Shown in pieces: positions 1 through 10,019 of a DNA stretch of 64,000 nt (the first letter of the stretch is position 1; each line of letters opens with the position of its first letter). The notes under the pieces are model-generated. The model was not told the origin of the DNA. It searched no databases and saw nothing but the letters and a program-made list of their open reading frames with translations. The position numbers and the translations under genes are program-made. Origin of the DNA: a virus (lineage: Duplodnaviria; Caudoviricetes); the IMG/VR virus record IMGVR_UViG_3300037067_015585, positions 128,001 through 192,000 of that record; one strand, 5' to 3'.

Positions 1-93
1 ACATTTATTGTGTGTAAAATCGACTGCTGTTGGTCCCGATCCAACAATAGCAATTGCTGCGCCTTTGTGAACGTCATATAACGATTTTATCAT
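1..93 (-). CDS. 5' part of a DUF115/MAF-like (GxGP Rossmann-type) protein, runs off the window
   Basis: Manual translation from ATG 93: MIKSLYDVHKGAAIAIVGSGPTAVDF; ATGA overlap with the upstream stop; same IVGxGP motif as 43190..44122. Confidence 0.55.
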   Translation of the reverse strand, partial: MIKSLYDVHKGAAIAIVGSGPTAVDFTHNKC

Positions 94-1094
94 AGTTTAT
101 CTTGATAAATTCTTTTGCAATGTGTACTAATACGGCGTAATGAAGTTAATACTAAATCAACAATTCTATTCATATCGAATTGTTCTAAGGCGATCGTCCT
201 AACCAAATTACGATCTATCCCCTGCGCAATATTTATTGCATCGATGAAATTTTTTAATACTGGTTCATCACGTTTTAACCCAGACGGAATACTATCGACC
301 ATAAAACCAGTAATCCCATGTAGTACGTATGGTGCACCAGTTCGAACTCCAATAGTCGGACATCCAGCTAGAAGAATCTCTTGAAGTGCTTTTGGCCCGT
401 GATCATCACTAGCTAGATAAGCACAAGCACGTGATTTACGAGCAGCATCATAAAGCTCTTCTCGTTTATATTTACCATATTTAATTCTTATATTTCTTGG
501 AAACGCTTCTGCTAAATATTCTGGAAGTTGTGGATGATGGCCATTTTTATCATAAATAAGCAAATCGTACTTAACCGGTAGTGGTCCATGTGGACATGGG
601 TTAATTGGATAAGGCCATATTACGACACTAGATTTATTCGCTGGTCCTCGACTTTTATAGATTAAATCGCGGTACCATTCGCTATGACAAAACATCATTT
701 GGCAATTAGCGGCATCCAAAAGAGCGCATTCTTTTTTGTCGATCCTAGGTTCACCTGAATATATAAAGAGCGTATTCGGGCCTTGTATGAACGGTCTACC
801 AGCTAGATCGCATTCTATTGCATAATCACAATCAGTCCAACACCAAAACCACGGTATTGTGCCGCTTTTAGATGGTTTTGATTTAATTGATAACCAACTG
901 AGACCACCATCAATCATTTTTCGAAATTCTTTTTGAAGAGCATATATACCATTATTAGGACCGAAGCCATTTGGCGAATCTATTTGTCTAATTAATTCGA
1001 TCGGAATTACGTCTTTATCGTCAGCTGGTAATTCTATAGCATACGATCGATCTCCAATACCTTCGATCGATAGATTTTCGTGTTCTCTAGACAT
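90..1094 (-). CDS. Putative glycosyltransferase (GT-B/GT4-like)
   Basis: C-terminal DDHGPKALQEILLAGCPTI...HGITGF resembles the GT4 E-x7-E region. Confidence 0.55.
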   Translation of the reverse strand: MSREHENLSIEGIGDRSYAIELPADDKDVIPIELIRQIDSPNGFGPNNGIYALQKEFRKMIDGGLSWLSIKSKPSKSGTIPWFWCWTDCDYAIECDLAGRPFIQGPNTLFIYSGEPRIDKKECALLDAANCQMMFCHSEWYRDLIYKSRGPANKSSVVIWPYPINPCPHGPLPVKYDLLIYDKNGHHPQLPEYLAEAFPRNIRIKYGKYKREELYDAARKSRACAYLASDDHGPKALQEILLAGCPTIGVRTGAPYVLHGITGFMVDSIPSGLKRDEPVLKNFIDAINIAQGIDRNLVRTIALEQFDMNRIVDLVLTSLRRISTHCKRIYQDKL

Positions 1095-1096
1095 TT

Positions 1097-1810
1097 CTAA
1101 GTACTAAAAATATTGAATATCTTCTCTGTTTCTTTGTCCATCTTTGGTGTTAATATGTCGATATGGCCTGGCTCCGTAATTGGAGTATCAGTATACCATA
1201 TTGTGTCGTCCGGATGAACACTACGAGCAGAACAATGATTTGCACGTGTACTTCCCCATCTCATAACAAAAGATGATGGACGTTTTGTATCTGGTCGCCC
1301 AGGATTAGATAATTGGCTTAACTTTTTTATTATTTCTTGATCATAATCACAACGTGTAGAAGTCCCCCAATATCCAATCTGCTCCGCAAAATCTTTGCGA
1401 ATAGCTATAGCCGCATGAAATCTGCCTATAGAAGGTTCCTGCACCAATTCTCCAGTATATAAGCTAAACACGTTCTTAGGATGTGACCAGCCACTTGATT
1501 TAAGTGCTTCTGCGTGTGCACTTAAATGCCATCGCAAATAAATGTCATCATCATCCCATGCACAATAGGCATCAGCACCCCATTCATTAGCACGCTCAAC
1601 TAAAAATGCGTATTTAGAAGTTAAACTTGGAAATTTTGATGTAGAATAAACATGCCAATTTTCACCGCTTTGCTCGGTGATCTGTTTGGCATCGTCTAAA
1701 ACTAAAAATCTTGACTTATCAGCCTGATAATCCTGTGCAAAAAAACACGCTAGCGCATTAGAGACTAATCGTGGGCGACCATATGTAGGACAAAGACAAG
1801 CTATTTTCAT
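1097..1810 (-). CDS. Glycosyltransferase family 2 (GT-A)
   Basis: IACLCPTYGR, LVLDD, WDDDD motifs. Confidence 0.8.
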   Translation of the reverse strand: MKIACLCPTYGRPRLVSNALACFFAQDYQADKSRFLVLDDAKQITEQSGENWHVYSTSKFPSLTSKYAFLVERANEWGADAYCAWDDDDIYLRWHLSAHAEALKSSGWSHPKNVFSLYTGELVQEPSIGRFHAAIAIRKDFAEQIGYWGTSTRCDYDQEIIKKLSQLSNPGRPDTKRPSSFVMRWGSTRANHCSARSVHPDDTIWYTDTPITEPGHIDILTPKMDKETEKIFNIFST

Positions 1811-1812
1811 GG

Positions 1813-3453
1813 CTAATTCCATAATCCGAATGAAGGTGACATCTTTTTATCTCTTTCATTCTGAATACAACTTAATAAAGTGTAGCCCCATTGTTCGTTT
1901 GAATGCTCGATAACAAACCATTTAGAATTTTTGTTTATATATCGTTTAATAGCATCAAACATACCTGCGCCACCATCTTCGCCTATGTTGCCAAATGCAC
2001 CGGTAGAACGAATTAAAATATAATGGTGTACTCTATTAGCAAATCTTGATAGTTCTGCGTACAATCGGCTTGCATTATGAACAGTATGAAGTACTAACAT
2101 ATCGGTTCCATCAATATCTATAATATCTAATGAATCAGACACTATAGATCTATAATTAACATCTCTAACAGTTTGTTTCAATACTTGGTGAACTTGATCT
2201 GGTTCAGTGGTATAGATAGTAAGCACTTTCGGTTTACCAGATAATAACACCACATCCCACTCCTTACGCTTAACCATCGCAGTTATGCGATTGCATCTTG
2301 AAGCGATATCTCGGAAGTGATCCATATGTTTTTCCATATCACGCGGTTGTGATTTCGTCTGGTTATATATCTGCTCTAGTGTCTGGCCAACAACTGGTTG
2401 TGTATATTTATGCCCAATCGGGTCTGTTATTAAATAATCCCAATCCTTTTGGCTTATACCGTGTCCTTTCTTACCATTTTCATCAATAGACGACTCACAA
2501 AATTCTTGGTATATATCGTCTATTGATAAGTTCAATTCTTGATGGCCAACTACATAATTGCGAATTCTATCATAATATATGCATGGATATTTAACACCAT
2601 TTACTCGGTCAAAGCGATGCATCCAACCAAGGAATGGCAAGAGCAAACAGCGATGCCCAGCCTGTCGATACTTTATATGGATATAGCCTTCTTCGCCACC
2701 AAAACCATTAAAATTCTTGTTAAATCCAAGCCAAGCATCCTTATTACAACTAAATAAACCAAGTCCTTGTGCGGGAATCTCAAAAGGCGGATCGTCTCCA
2801 TCTCTTGCTAATATTTTAAATCCTGCGTCTAATAGTCGTTTGCTACATCCGGCATAATTAATATGCGGAAAAGGCGAACCGCATGTACAATTGTCGCCAA
2901 GTAAATCAAAACTTAAAAGATCATGGTATGCTGCTTTGCTCTTATTATCTTGGACTGTAAAATGTTGTCCGCATTTGCATGACCATGCTCCGCCCCATGT
3001 CCCCCACATACCATCGTTCCATACTAAATCAAAATGTGTATGGAAATTGTGCGTATCATCGCTTATGAGTGGACCAGTTAATAAATCTTTGTTGTTTGGA
3101 TTATGATCGTACCATTCTAGTAGTCTGTTGATTGCGTTAGGAACAAGCAAAACGTGACAGTCAACACACATAACGGCTTTACCAGCTGCTTCTCGAAACA
3201 CAAGATCTCTTGGGGCTGACGTGCCATGTGTATCATCATATTTAATATATCTCCCATTACTAACACTACTAGTTATAAAATCTTTAATAACATTGCGCTC
3301 TCTACCTTCTTCTTTCTTAATAATTGGCTTATTGTCTACGACAAGAAATTCTATATCTGGCGAATTATGGTAGAGCTGTAACGCTTGTATTGTGAAATAT
3401 ACACCATCGAAATCATCATAATGAGCCATACCTATAGTTAGTTTCTTCGTCAT
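1813..3453 (-). CDS. GT2-like glycosyltransferase with CxC/CxxC insertion and a C-terminal methyltransferase-like domain
   Basis: LTIGMAHYDD, LVVDN, CVDCH, FNGFGGEEGY; C-terminus resembles a degenerate class I MTase. Confidence 0.65.
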   Translation of the reverse strand: MTKKLTIGMAHYDDFDGVYFTIQALQLYHNSPDIEFLVVDNKPIIKKEEGRERNVIKDFITSSVSNGRYIKYDDTHGTSAPRDLVFREAAGKAVMCVDCHVLLVPNAINRLLEWYDHNPNNKDLLTGPLISDDTHNFHTHFDLVWNDGMWGTWGGAWSCKCGQHFTVQDNKSKAAYHDLLSFDLLGDNCTCGSPFPHINYAGCSKRLLDAGFKILARDGDDPPFEIPAQGLGLFSCNKDAWLGFNKNFNGFGGEEGYIHIKYRQAGHRCLLLPFLGWMHRFDRVNGVKYPCIYYDRIRNYVVGHQELNLSIDDIYQEFCESSIDENGKKGHGISQKDWDYLITDPIGHKYTQPVVGQTLEQIYNQTKSQPRDMEKHMDHFRDIASRCNRITAMVKRKEWDVVLLSGKPKVLTIYTTEPDQVHQVLKQTVRDVNYRSIVSDSLDIIDIDGTDMLVLHTVHNASRLYAELSRFANRVHHYILIRSTGAFGNIGEDGGAGMFDAIKRYINKNSKWFVIEHSNEQWGYTLLSCIQNERDKKMSPSFGLWN

Positions 3454-3520
3454 AGTTTTATATACTCCATCTATCCGATCACGCTTTTGTTATGCAGTTT
3501 GATAACGCGATTAGAGACTA

Positions 3521-6500
3521 CTAAGGAATAGTCCACAAGCTTGGACCAATATATTCATAGCCATCAGCTTCCAATTCTGAGACAGCTTCTCGTAGAGACT
3601 GTCCAATGGTGTCACCTGCTGTAGTCACTCTAACTACCCAGTAATAAGTCCAGTGACCTGGGTTAGTACCACGCCATGCGTTGGCTGCAGCAAAAGTATC
3701 AAATGCTGCTACTTGGTCACAGAACTGATGAAATTGTCCATAATAATCTGTCCAATCATATAGCCGACAACCAACATATAATGTAGCGTATGGATCGACA
3801 AAAATCTTGAGTTTAGATAATAATGTTGAGTCGATGTACTCTAGCGACACCTCGTAAGTGATATTATATGTAATTCCAAGTAATTTAACTTGTCGTTCTG
3901 TATATTTCGATTTAACAATATGCGTCAGGCGTTCGTTTTGTTCATTCTCACCTTCTAAGTCAGCCGACTTACCAAAACCTTGTGCAAACGGACATCCGTC
4001 TAACCAATCAGCATTATGATAATAACCGGTCGCGATAGTTGATGCGATAGTATTGTCTACACTTGTTTTAACACACTCAACTTTATATACTGCTACTTCT
4101 ACCTTGGTTATGCAGAATGAAAATGAAACAGCTACACATTCATAATCTGGATAACTATTTGATATCCAGAAGCATAAGTAATCTCCACCAAGTGTTTCAA
4201 ATGTTACACTAGGACAAACTTCATTTTGCTCGGCTTGTGCTATTGACGTATATTTCGTGCGATCGGCCGGTAGATCACTTACTGTGTTCGATTTGTCGGC
4301 CGTACTCGAACCGGTCTGTACTCTGAAAATACCACCACCAGGAGCATATCGACCATATAATTTTGGACTACTAAATACTGTAATACCATCTACATATTGA
4401 ACCGTATACTTGCCACATGGGGCTGATGCACCAAGCTCGAATATAGCCGATCGATTATTAGCGGTATTGTTTGCTGCCAGATATGCAGTATAAGCAGCAT
4501 TCGTTGGTGTAGCCATCCATGCTTCATAGAGTGGTAAAAGCTCGCTTTGATCATCTTCAACGGTTAAATCATCTAAACAGTCGTCACATGGTGAAGGTGC
4601 GGCTGTGGTAGGTGCTGGTGTAGTCGGTTCTGGCGTAGTTTCTGGTGGATTTCCTTTTCGCCGTGTCGTTGGAAGTGTTGCAGGATATGATGGGAAAGGT
4701 GCTGGTGTTGTTGTAGTAGTTGTTGTGGTTGACGATCCAAGTGGCGGCAATGTAGTCGTTGTTGTAGATGGCGACGGTGTTGTCGGTGCTGGTGTAGTCG
4801 TTGTTGTAGTTGGTGCTCCGACACATGGTGATATTGTGTATCCCAAACAACAATTAACACCAGTAGTGTTTATAACCATCATAAACAATAGTGACACATC
4901 ACTTTGTCCAGAATATGTAAACGATATGTCTGATCCGATTGTTGAATGTTGTAAACCACCAATAACGCCGCTATCTGAACACTTTACTGACCATAATACA
5001 TTGCAAGTACTAGGATATCTGCATGTATATTTATTGATCAATTTAGCTTCATCGCAGATCGTATTAAATTTACTACTAAATGTGATAGTTACTTTAACAG
5101 TATCAGTTGTCGTTTTTGGTATGTTGACTGTCGTATCATAATACCGCACAGAACCATTCGCAACACAATCGAATGGAATGCATTTTTTAATAGTCAAATC
5201 TGGTGTCAGATCTATTTCTATACTAGTATCTAAATGGCTGGGACAATCACACGGACAACATTGTCTAGCGCGTCCGCCGCCACCACCACCAGGCTCTGAT
5301 ACAACAATTGGCTCAACTACTAATACAGGGCAAGAACCAGTAACATCATTTACATTAGAACAGAAAAAGAAATCTTCTTGGCAACATCTCTGTCCGGGAT
5401 ATTGAGGTTCAATGATAGTCCATGGATATCGCGAATCAACATTTTTACTAGAATTAGCTTGTCTCCATTTTACGACAGATGATTGTGTATAACTCTCCCA
5501 GTCAAACTGATTGTATGTATGTTGTGTCCAGCACGCTCCAACTGGCGTCCATTCAGCAAATTGTAGCGTAGGTGCTGTCGTAGCAATTTTTGTATCCTCT
5601 TTATATTGATACCTCGTAATGTTTTTGCAAGTATTGATGGTAGCTTGGACAGCAGCAAACGATAAATCACTGATATTACTGATAGTACTAACGTTACTTA
5701 ACACGCAATTACGCAAAATGGCGAGTTTTGATACGCAGCTTTTTTTAAACAAAGTATCAGAGTAATAGTAAATATTCGACTTTAAACTGTTATATCGCAG
5801 TGAAATAATTGCCTTTGTAGCGGCAACAGTACTATCTATCAAATCGTTTTTTACTACCGTGAAAAATCCAGAACCATCTGGACCTTGCATACCGGTGCGA
5901 CCAATTTCACTGGCTTTGTAATACCATCTTCCAGACCAATTAGATATCAATACTCCCGATAATCTCGATGTTGCGCGATCATAATTCAAAAACGAATCGC
6001 TACTAATATCAAAATCTGCGTGTTCTATGGTATATTGGTCGCCATTAATTGATTGTAATATCGTAAGTGAGCTTTTATTAGAATTGCCCTTAAACAACCT
6101 AAATGATATTGGTGTACCTATTGTTGATAGTACTATAGCATCAACAATTAATGAAGTACTGTCAATTTTTGCAGCATATCTATGTTCATCGGCTCCTGCA
6201 GCCCCGTTAATCCCTGTCGCACCTTGCGGTCCCGTTATTCCTTGTGCGCCGGGGCACCTCAATTGTGCTAATAATGCTAATAGTCTCGATCTATTGACTT
6301 CTATCCTTAGGTCGCTTTCAGATTCAGGCTCGAATGTTATAGTGTGATTTGTTGATTGAAATAAGTAATAATATCCACTAGTGTGTGGATATATCTTGAG
6401 ATAATCAAAGTTTAAGCCGTTCTTTACTTGTGTTGTTATGGCATTTAAACGAGCAAAGACGGCCGGAGGCATCAAACCATCTGATGTCTCAGTAACAACA

Positions 6501-6634
6501 GGCACTGCATCGAACACGCCAATACGAGACCAGATATTCAATTTACTATTGTACTGCCATTTGCTGCCGTCACCATCTATCACAATGGTGCCATCTGCAA
6601 CATTCGTACCATCGGTTAGTAAATTATAAGCCAA
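3521..6634 (-). CDS. Large Cys-rich putative virion/fibre protein with short collagen-like G-X-Y runs and Thr/Pro-rich linker
   Basis: TTG start behind AAGGAG; GAQGITGPQGATGING; poly-Thr/Pro tract; paralog of 6736..8685. Confidence 0.55.
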   Translation of the reverse strand: MAYNLLTDGTNVADGTIVIDGDGSKWQYNSKLNIWSRIGVFDAVPVVTETSDGLMPPAVFARLNAITTQVKNGLNFDYLKIYPHTSGYYYLFQSTNHTITFEPESESDLRIEVNRSRLLALLAQLRCPGAQGITGPQGATGINGAAGADEHRYAAKIDSTSLIVDAIVLSTIGTPISFRLFKGNSNKSSLTILQSINGDQYTIEHADFDISSDSFLNYDRATSRLSGVLISNWSGRWYYKASEIGRTGMQGPDGSGFFTVVKNDLIDSTVAATKAIISLRYNSLKSNIYYYSDTLFKKSCVSKLAILRNCVLSNVSTISNISDLSFAAVQATINTCKNITRYQYKEDTKIATTAPTLQFAEWTPVGACWTQHTYNQFDWESYTQSSVVKWRQANSSKNVDSRYPWTIIEPQYPGQRCCQEDFFFCSNVNDVTGSCPVLVVEPIVVSEPGGGGGGRARQCCPCDCPSHLDTSIEIDLTPDLTIKKCIPFDCVANGSVRYYDTTVNIPKTTTDTVKVTITFSSKFNTICDEAKLINKYTCRYPSTCNVLWSVKCSDSGVIGGLQHSTIGSDISFTYSGQSDVSLLFMMVINTTGVNCCLGYTISPCVGAPTTTTTTPAPTTPSPSTTTTTLPPLGSSTTTTTTTTPAPFPSYPATLPTTRRKGNPPETTPEPTTPAPTTAAPSPCDDCLDDLTVEDDQSELLPLYEAWMATPTNAAYTAYLAANNTANNRSAIFELGASAPCGKYTVQYVDGITVFSSPKLYGRYAPGGGIFRVQTGSSTADKSNTVSDLPADRTKYTSIAQAEQNEVCPSVTFETLGGDYLCFWISNSYPDYECVAVSFSFCITKVEVAVYKVECVKTSVDNTIASTIATGYYHNADWLDGCPFAQGFGKSADLEGENEQNERLTHIVKSKYTERQVKLLGITYNITYEVSLEYIDSTLLSKLKIFVDPYATLYVGCRLYDWTDYYGQFHQFCDQVAAFDTFAAANAWRGTNPGHWTYYWVVRVTTAGDTIGQSLREAVSELEADGYEYIGPSLWTIP
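6258..6501. repeat. High-identity repeat copy A (partner 8312..8555)
   Basis: Collinear at a constant 2054-nt offset; differences mostly synonymous. Confidence 0.85.
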
Positions 6635-6735
6635 TACAAACTCCTTTAATTGCTGTCATATATTTGCAATGCAGTCGAAGTATTAGGTACGGTTTCGTTG
6701 TGATTATATTTCATACTATTCGCGTTGTATGAGCA

Positions 6736-8685
6736 CTATGGATATACTGGGAAAGGTGTAGTTGGTGGCAATGTGGTTGTTGTTGTAGTCGTTGTTGGCT
6801 TGGCTGTTGTCGTCGGCGCTGGTGTTGTGGTTGTGGTTGTGGTTGTGGTTGTGGTTGTTGTGGTCGTCAATGTGCTTCCGACACACGGCGATATTGTATA
6901 TCCAAGACAGCAATTGGCACCAGTATAATTTATTATCATTGCAAATGATAACGACACATCGCTTGGGCCGGAATATGTAAACGATATATCTGATCCGATT
7001 GTTGAATATATCTTGCCTCCCACTACGCCACTATCAGAACACGCCACTGACCATGATACCGGACAAACATCTGGGTAGTTGGGACACGAAGCGCTGCTGA
7101 TTGATTTAGCTTCATCACAAATTGTATTGAATTTACTACTAAATATAATAGCAACTGCAGCTAGGCCAGTAGCAGTTTGGGGGATATTAACTGTTGCATC
7201 GTAATGTTGTACTACTCCATTCACTACACAATCGAATGGGGTGCATTTTTTGATGGTTAAATCTGATGTCAGATCTATTTCAATGCTCGTATCTAAACGA
7301 CTTGGGCAATCACATGGGCAACATATATTATCGCCTGGGCTACCTTCGTTCGCCAATATGTTAATCGGTTCAACTACGAGTACTGGACAAGCCCCAGTAA
7401 CATCATTCACATTAGAACAGAAAAAGAAGTCTTCTTGGCAACACAACTGACCTGGATTTTGCGGTTCAATGATGTTCCAAGGATAGCTTGGGCTCGTAGC
7501 GGTGCTGTTATTTGCTTGCCGCCATGGTACCAGAGCACCAACATTGGTGAAATCAGTCCAAGAAAATTGCCCTTGTTCTAGATACCTTTGTCTTAAACAT
7601 GTACCGACTGGCGTCCATTCTGCAAAAGAAAGATCTGGTATATCGGAAGTTATGTTATTAATAACTGTAGATATGTCATATCTTGTGATATTTTTACAAC
7701 TATTGATAGTCTCTTGCAATGATGCAAAAGAGCTAGCACTAGATGCGACTGGAGTTGCAGAACATTTTTTACTTATAGCTAACTTCGATACACAATTAGT
7801 GCTAAATAAAGTATCTGTAAGATAATTAATTGTATTAGCGCTATCACCCTTCCTCAACAAAACAATAGCGTCGTCTGATGTTAAATTCGAATCATTAACT
7901 GTATCTGGTATGACTTTTATAAAATTGCTACCAGCCGATCCGATAACACCCTTCTTACCAATTTGCAAAGCCTTATAAAACCATGCTTTCGAACCCCATT
8001 GAGTGCTTGTTATATATCCAATAAGTTGTCCGTCAGAATACTCCAATAATGTTGCTGTTGAATCTATCGTGATTGAAGATTGTATGACCTCGAATGTCGA
8101 ACCAATTATCTTTATTATTATCGCAGGTACGATTGATGTGCCAGAAAAAATTCTAAGTAATATTGGAGTGCCCAATGAGTTATCTATGGTAGCATTTATT
8201 AATAATCGTGAGTCGGATATTGTAGCGGTATGTTTCAACTCGTTAGCACCTGCCGCCCCATTAATTCCAGTGGCACCTTGCGTACCTGTTATACCCTGCG
8301 GACCTGGACATCTCAATTGTGCTAATAATGCTAGTAGTCTCGGCCTGTTGACCTCAATTCTTAAATTGCTTTCAGACTCCGGTTCGAATGTGATAGTATG
8401 GTTGGTTGATTGAAATAAGTAATAATATCCACTGGTGTGGGGGTATATCTTGAGATAATCGAAATTCAGACCATTCTTTACTTGTGTTGTTATGGCGTTT
8501 AAACGAGTAAAAACGGCCGGAGGCATCAAGCCGTCTGATGTCTCAGTAACAACAGATGAACTCATTGTTTTGCCAACTCTAGACCATGAATTCACCTGCG
8601 CATCATATCGCCAAATCGTACCGTAGGTATCTAACACCTCCATACCATCTACTGCAGTTTTCGGAAGTCGTGAGATGTTAGACAT
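6736..8685 (-). CDS. Paralogous Cys-rich putative virion/fibre protein ending in a poly-Thr tail
   Basis: Shares VVTETSDGLMPPAVF...LLAQLRCPG and CCQEDFFFCSNVNDVTG with 3521..6634. Confidence 0.55.
   Translation of the reverse strand: MSNISRLPKTAVDGMEVLDTYGTIWRYDAQVNSWSRVGKTMSSSVVTETSDGLMPPAVFTRLNAITTQVKNGLNFDYLKIYPHTSGYYYLFQSTNHTITFEPESESNLRIEVNRPRLLALLAQLRCPGPQGITGTQGATGINGAAGANELKHTATISDSRLLINATIDNSLGTPILLRIFSGTSIVPAIIIKIIGSTFEVIQSSITIDSTATLLEYSDGQLIGYITSTQWGSKAWFYKALQIGKKGVIGSAGSNFIKVIPDTVNDSNLTSDDAIVLLRKGDSANTINYLTDTLFSTNCVSKLAISKKCSATPVASSASSFASLQETINSCKNITRYDISTVINNITSDIPDLSFAEWTPVGTCLRQRYLEQGQFSWTDFTNVGALVPWRQANNSTATSPSYPWNIIEPQNPGQLCCQEDFFFCSNVNDVTGACPVLVVEPINILANEGSPGDNICCPCDCPSRLDTSIEIDLTSDLTIKKCTPFDCVVNGVVQHYDATVNIPQTATGLAAVAIIFSSKFNTICDEAKSISSASCPNYPDVCPVSWSVACSDSGVVGGKIYSTIGSDISFTYSGPSDVSLSFAMIINYTGANCCLGYTISPCVGSTLTTTTTTTTTTTTTTTPAPTTTAKPTTTTTTTTLPPTTPFPVYP
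6824..6853 (+). repeat. (GTTGTG)5 microsatellite encoding poly-Thr on the minus strand
   Basis: Direct reading. Confidence 0.9.
8312..8555. repeat. High-identity repeat copy B (partner 6258..6501)
   Basis: As for copy A. Confidence 0.85.
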
Positions 8686-8687
8686 AT

Positions 8688-8909
8688 TTAATCGTCAGAC
8701 GATATTGTATTCAGCAATTCACTTGGATCGTAGTCGATCAATGGAACAACTCGATCCACTCCACCATCACGCTCGGACTCTGCGGCACATCGTACACATA
8801 GAACTGTATCAGGAATGACCTTCAACCGCTCCTTTGGTATTTTTCGTCCGCACTGCTCGCAAACTACAGATATGTCTTGTTTGTCTTTTTCTGGTTGCTT
8901 ATCTTTCAT
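8688..8909 (-). CDS. DksA/TraR C4-type zinc finger protein
   Basis: CEQCGRKIPKERLKVIPDTVLCVRC; AAGGAG before ATG 8909. Confidence 0.8.
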   Translation of the reverse strand: MKDKQPEKDKQDISVVCEQCGRKIPKERLKVIPDTVLCVRCAAESERDGGVDRVVPLIDYDPSELLNTISSDD

Positions 8910-8997
8910 GTTGCTCCTTTTGGTGCGATAATAGTTGGCAAAATTAAAACTAAATACATTGGTACGGTACCTCTTGCAAGCATTCAAATTTAATTAT

Positions 8998-9636
8998 ATG
9001 GATATTTGCATTACCAGTTTTGAAAATAAATTATCTACTGTATTGTTGTTGAACGAGTCGATGACAAGGGGTGGAATAATACATACTATAAATAAGCAAC
9101 GTAGGCTAAAACATCTAGATCCAGTAATTCATAATAGTACTATAGATATAGCTGCAAGCATACAAGCTAAACAGATGGCACGTGTAAAGCAATTAGGACA
9201 TAATCTAAAGGGTGTGAAATATCCAAATCTTGGTGATAGAATGCGAGTTTCTGAGCATGCTTATTCTAGGGCTGGTGAAGTATTATATTCTGGATCAGAC
9301 GATTCTAATGCAGCAGTGCAAGCTTGGATGAATTCGCCGAAGCATCGTGCGGCAATATTACATCCAGATGTTAAAGAAATTGGTGCGTCGGTCCAATATT
9401 CGGACGATGGCACACCTTATGCTTGCGCTGTCGTGTGCATACCGCCGCAAGAACACCAAAAAAAGCGAGACTCAGACGAAGTAGTTGCCGATGTTGCTGA
9501 TCGAGTATGGCAACTTGCAAAAAAACACGGCAAAAGTATTGGAAAGAAAGCACTATCCAAGATTGCAAAATCAGATCGGATGAAAGATATTATTAATTCC
9601 CCAATAATTCAAAAAATTATAGCGGCGTTGAAATAG
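8998..9636 (+). CDS. CAP (SCP/PR-1) domain protein
   Basis: AGEVLY, AVQAWMNSPKHRAAIL, EIGAS. Confidence 0.8.
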   Translation: MDICITSFENKLSTVLLLNESMTRGGIIHTINKQRRLKHLDPVIHNSTIDIAASIQAKQMARVKQLGHNLKGVKYPNLGDRMRVSEHAYSRAGEVLYSGSDDSNAAVQAWMNSPKHRAAILHPDVKEIGASVQYSDDGTPYACAVVCIPPQEHQKKRDSDEVVADVADRVWQLAKKHGKSIGKKALSKIAKSDRMKDIINSPIIQKIIAALK

Positions 9637-9643
9637 TGCAAGT

Positions 9644-10018
9644 TCAGTATGATGAAATCGCATCGCCGGGATCGATAAACTTCGCCATCTCTTCTGTCGT
9701 TGCATGTTTGTCGCAAAACAATTTATAAAGAAAACGACCTGGTTCATTCTTGGTCGATCCAGTCATTGTAGCTTGTTCATTACAACCTTCAACTTGGCAT
9801 TTTTCTTTTGGCCATTCTTGTGTTATTTTACTAAACTGAATGCCCTGTATTAGATATTCTCTCCAATGTTCTCTAGCTTCATCTGGTGTTGCATGTCCAG
9901 TGCAGCCTTCGGCACATAAGCCGACTGGCCACACAACATTATCATTCTTACAAGTGTAGTGAAATAAGCCTGATTGTTTACCGTCTTTCAAAAGCTCTCG
10001 TGGTTGGTAGTAATTCAT
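9644..10018 (-). CDS. Hypothetical Cys/His-rich protein
   Basis: ORF with CxxxCxxH and CxxxxC...CxxH. Confidence 0.55.
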   Translation of the reverse strand: MNYYQPRELLKDGKQSGLFHYTCKNDNVVWPVGLCAEGCTGHATPDEAREHWREYLIQGIQFSKITQEWPKEKCQVEGCNEQATMTGSTKNEPGRFLYKLFCDKHATTEEMAKFIDPGDAISSY

Positions 10019-10019
10019 T

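Noticed and set aside
4573-6980. Val-rich, His/Asn-rich and Leu/Trp-rich ORFs (e.g. 4605..5141, 6716..6913, 6725..6928)
   Set aside because: Alternative-frame or antisense shadows of the poly-Thr tracts
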